From Eutreptiella sp. 'Long Island Sound 2002' (Eukaryota > Protista > Euglenida), in NCBI GenBank assembly GCA_964036045.1, contig OZ038378.1, positions 183,892,001 to 183,956,000 of the forward strand: DNA of 64,000 nt. Direction: 5' to 3'. The position numbers and the translations under genes were made by a program. How positions within the stretch are numbered: the stretch's first letter is position 1; each line of letters opens with the position of its first letter. This document shows positions 60,153-64,000 of this stretch, one piece after another. Below the pieces are notes generated by a model. It worked only from the letters and a program-made list of their open reading frames with translations, was not told the DNA's origin and did no database searches.

Positions 60153-61095
60153 CCGGTCCTGATGCGACATACCCCCCAGCTATCTGTCAAAACCCGGGGG
60201 GGGGGGGGGGGCTGCGGGGGGGGCTGTTTGGGGGGGGTCGGCTGGAGGGTGTAGGGGGGGGGGCGGGGGGGGGGGGGGTTCCCAAGGTGGGGGGGCTTGC
60301 GCGCGACCCACTACTACCACATGCATACCCCGAGGGGGGATGTGTGTCTGGGGGTTTGGGGGTACGGAGGAATGTATGCGATAATAGCGCTTTCTCGTCA
60401 TTGCCGAGAAGTAAGTCTTAAGGGTCGCCGTGTTGCCCTCCTCCCCCCTCCCCCCATTCCCCCTTCCCCCTCCCCCGCTATTCCCCCACGCCCCCCGGTT
60501 AGTTTGTGAGAAAAATTCCTGAGGCTTGGTTAGAGTTGGGGGTTAAAAGAAACAATGGATGGACTTAGAGGCTTAGAGGTCCTTGAAAAGCTCCCCCAAC
60601 TCAAGGGGCCACGCAACAAAGCGTGGATTGTGAGTCCCTAACCCCAACTCAAGGGGCCACGCAATAAAGCGTGGGAAAAAATAGAAACAAGAAAGAAAGA
60701 AAGAAAGAAAGAACGCAGTGTGTTCGCCCCAGGAAGAATTTGGCGCTGCACTCGGGCCGGGGTTTGGCTCCCAATGGAGGATCTTCACTTCGCAACAAAT
60801 GACATTTGTATAGCGGCCCGTCTTGCTAATCTCCGCTGGAAGCACCTCGCAACAAACGACTTTTGTATAGCGCCTCGTCTTGCGATATCTGGCGCTCAAA
60901 AGCACTGATGGTTTGATGAAACGGAAGCATACACTAAAAAAGGGGGCCGCCGTTGGCGCCATGCGAAAAAAAGGGGGCGCCGTTGGTGCCATGCAAAAAA
61001 AAAGGGGGCGCCATTGGTGCCATGCCCCCAATCCACTATCTCTCAAAACCCGGGGGGGGGGGGGGGGGCTGGGGGGTGTCGCATACAAGGACCGG
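60153..61095. mobile_element. MITE-like element with imperfect TIRs and internal tandem repeats
   Basis: CCGGTCCTGATGCGACATACCCCCC versus reverse complement CCGGTCCTTGTATGCGACACCCCCC; internal 2x ~33-bp, 2x ~60-bp and 3x ~30-bp repeats; no TSD seen. Confidence 0.45.
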
Positions 61096-61119
61096 GCCCG
61101 GCCGCCCTGCCGTGCTCAC

Positions 61120-61290
61120 AGGCAACCCTCGATTGCAAATCGCGGGGCATGCCCGTCCCTGCAGTTGTTGTTGCCAACATGGCAACTTTTCCTGCAGGTC
61201 CTCGTATGCGTTCTGCGTCTGCCCTTCAACATCGAAAATGTCGGTGCGTGCGTCTTCAACCCTCTGCACTTTTCCATCAAAATTGTTGGC
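61120..61290 (-). CDS. Tentative upstream exon of the UBL gene (...FDGKVQRVEDARTDIFDVEGQ...CNRGLP)
   Basis: Strong donor CCT|gtgagc at 61119; open frame within ORF 61036..61389; acceptor uncertain. Confidence 0.3.
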
Positions 61291-61814
61291 AGTCCTGTGG
61301 CCAATATCCCCAAGTTCAGAGGGCATGGGACGGTCGCCCTTGGCACTGGATGTTGCACACAAAGACGCGGTGCATGCAAAAGTCCCCAAGGCACCTCGAA
61401 CGAAGCACCTGCTTGTATGTGAGCTTCAGTTGCAGCGAACCCACTGATCAAAGAGTAGACAGGGCTGTAGCATGCAGCGGCAGCGCGGGGTTTGGCATGA
61501 CGCCATGGTGTATTGTTGTCGTCTACAGCTGGCGGCGCCTACTAGCCGATCGTCATTCGCTGCCCTTCCCTTGGACCCTTTCCCTCCAAAGGCGGTGGTG
61601 CCCATCGGCCTCTCACCACCCCGTGACCTTCCTCTTCCCCCTTGCCCTATCCTTCCCTCTCTACTTCCCTTTCCTTTCCTTTGGCCTTTCCCTCCATAGG
61701 CCGTGGTGTCCATCGACCTCTTACCACCCCTTCCCTCTCCATTCCATTGGTCGGTTGTGCCAATGGAGACCCCGGACTTGCCCTTTTTCACTTCTCTGTG
61801 CAAGAGAAAGCTGA

Positions 61815-63345
61815 GTTATGATCGCCGCAATTACAACAATTACAGTGTTTGATTACATTCGTAATTACGATAATTACGCCAATTACGGTGCCCATGTTCT
61901 TGGTTTCTCGATGTTTGTGGATAGACATAGGTGAGCTCTAGATCTTTGCTGTTCATTCTTATTGCATTCTTAATGTGTGCCACTTGTTCCCAATGGTGAT
62001 TGGATATGCAAGCCTAGTGCCTTTTTGTTGCTTGTCGGCCCCTACTAGTAGCCCATGAATGTTAATTTTTTCGTTTGATGCTTGTCATAGATCCCGGGTT
62101 CCTCGTAGGTTCACCTTGCAACCTCTGTTGGTATGCTAGGCATTTTTAATTTATAGTTATTTATAATTTAATTTATTGATGATTGCTGCAGGTCCCAAGG
62201 TCCTGACTTTTGCATGCTACAGCCCCTATTATCCGTACCAACAATTCTTAATTTTTAGTCTCACAATTGCCATAGGTCCCATGGTCCCAATTTCTGTACG
62301 CAATACGCCATGCTAGCATGCCAGGAATTTTGATTTTTTGGTCTAATGACTACCATAGGTCCTAGGGTCCAAATTTCTGTACCCAGTAGTCCTTGCTGGC
62401 ATGCCACGAATTTTTTGTTCCTTGTGACAAAAGCCTTGAAAGTTTCAACCCTTGCTTGACCACTAGACGCCGTTTGATGGATTGGGCTTTTTGTGAAAAT
62501 CACCAAATCTTTTCAAAATCCCGACCTCAATAGTAGTCAACACAGGCACATTTGTGACAATGAACCCACAATTTTTGGTGCCCCTTGAACTTCTACGCGT
62601 AAAAATATTTAGTTTTTAGTCTGATGAATGCCACAAGTCCCAGGGTCCTACTTTTTGTACCCAAAAGTCCGTGCAGGCACACCATAAAATTGTAATTTTC
62701 AGTCTGATGATTCCTACAGACCCCAAAAAGACTGCAATACACACCAACTGCCAAATATTGCGCTTCACCATTGGATTGCAAAGTTATTGTACCAAAAAAT
62801 GCAGATATGCATCAACATAAGGTGGGGAAAAATATCTTAGAAGTGTCTCTCTACATCACCGTTGCAACACAATGCCATTTCTATGCGTGCCTTGTGTTCC
62901 GATTTGCAGTTCATGTGTGACACACCAAAGGTTTTGTGGTCATGCCTAATGACCACGTCACACACTGTACACCACATAAACCCGTAGGCTTGTGCCTCAT
63001 ACGGCCCGTCAGGGAATTGCGCTGCCTGTGCTACCACTGTGAGCATTGTACAATAATTTGCTTTCAATGGCCCGGAAGTGGAATGGTGTTTCCCTTTGGT
63101 ACCGGTTGTCTGCGGCAATGACATAGACTTACCAGGCACGGGTGCAATCAAAAAAAGAAAACGCAACGTAAACCTGCCACAAGGAGGGTTCCAAAGGGCA
63201 CATGATGCACAACCATGGTGCTATGCATGCCAGAATTTGTTCTATGAGGTGCAACACTTTTGAAATTGGTCATGTAATTACCTCCACTTACAGCAAATTA
63301 CGCGTAATTACAATAAAATGCGAAATTACGGAATTTTACAATCGT
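61815..63345 (-). mobile_element. Degenerate DNA-transposon-like element with AATTAC-rich subterminal repeats and a CGGBP1-like zinc-finger ORF
   Basis: Clusters of (GT)AATTAC at 61815-61890 and 63270-63345; internal repeats of CCATAGGTCC...TTTCTGTAC; ORF 62837..63166. Confidence 0.5.
62837..63166 (-). pseudogene. CGGBP1-like / BED-related C2H2 zinc-finger fragment (hAT-transposase-derived)
   Basis: AAQFPDGPYEAQAYGFMWCTVCDVVIRHDHKTFGVSHMNCKSEH resembles CGGBP1 VTEFGGELHEDGGKLFCTSCNVVLNHVRKSAISDHLKSKTH (recalled sequence). Confidence 0.6.
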
Positions 63346-64000
63346 AACCGTGGCCTACGCCTGCTCTATATCGAGTCCACACAGAGGAAGGCAACAGCCT
63401 TCGCCGTCGGCCAGGTGCGTCCAAAGGCGCATCTCCAAAGGCGTTTGCTGATCGGTTGCGCAGGTGAGTGCCCCTTGGTTGCGTGCACCGTGGCTGCAAC
63501 TTGTCGGGGGGGCAACCCTGTGAATTCGGGGCTTTTCTCAGGCGCATGTGGTGGGCGCATCCCAGCGGTGGGGGAACCCTCTCCAGCGGCGGCTGTTGGG
63601 CCCTGGGATGTCCACTTGCAGGGTCAAAGGGCCTCAAATGGTCAGGTTGCAGTGTCCGCATTTGGCTCTGGCTGCGCCTGCCCCACAGCTGTCATCGCCA
63701 TCTGTCCAATCTGCCAATGTTCGGCGGAGCCTCAGCTCGAGGTCTGTTCAGCAGTTCATCCCTCGTCCCTGTGTCCGCTCGCTGCATTTGCTTCCTGGGC
63801 TCTACAGGGTTATGCGTGCATCCAGGTCAAAGGTCACTCCCTTCCCGTGGTGCTGCTGTAGCTGGCCCCATTCGGCCACACTAGGTCGGGCTTTGCTGGG
63901 GCCTTAGGTTGAAAAACCCAGTGGGTACAGGATCGGTTAAGGTCAAAGACATTCAACATTCAACACTCAGGGGGTAAGGCATCGTGACCCTTCAGTGCTG

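Noticed and set aside
63202-63861. 219-aa plus-strand ORF containing VKGHSL (tyrosine-recombinase-like box)
   Set aside because: The remaining R-H-R-Y catalytic pattern is not recognisable; Cys/Ala/Pro-rich composition suggests degenerate non-coding or TE sequence

Overview
Eukaryotic, repeat-rich, long-intron genomic DNA with TTAGGG telomere-type repeats. A euglenid-like protist is my inference from style only, not shown. I reconstructed four spliced genes by hand, all on the minus strand. (1) A nuclear protein with at least 6 helicase-associated (HA)-like repeats, an AT-hook and an NLS; it runs off the left edge and its 5' end was not found. (2) A complete two-exon NPRL3 (GATOR1 subunit), 528 aa. 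(3) A 12-exon, ~750-aa COG0523/CobW (ZNG1-type) metallochaperone GTPase with a His/Cys/Asp repeat insert. It continues past the CobW_C domain into a ~300-aa extension (F-box-like motif, possible MATH-like beta domain, C-terminal CGCC). (4) The 3' part of a gene with a C-terminal ubiquitin-like domain. Between genes 3 and 4 is a 6.7-kb element with inverted termini and an 8-bp target-site-duplication candidate. It holds ~5.4 tandem copies of a 1.15-kb unit; each intact unit is bounded by 13-bp inverted repeats and separated from the next by TTAGGG. Introns and intergenic DNA carry microsatellites, MITE-like elements, degenerate transposon fragments (CGGBP1-like zinc finger, possible Penelope-like RT) and an intronic SAM-like ORF. 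No rRNA, tRNA or CRISPR array was found. Most ORFs in the supplied track are spurious readings of repeats. Domain calls come from motif recognition, not from database searches.
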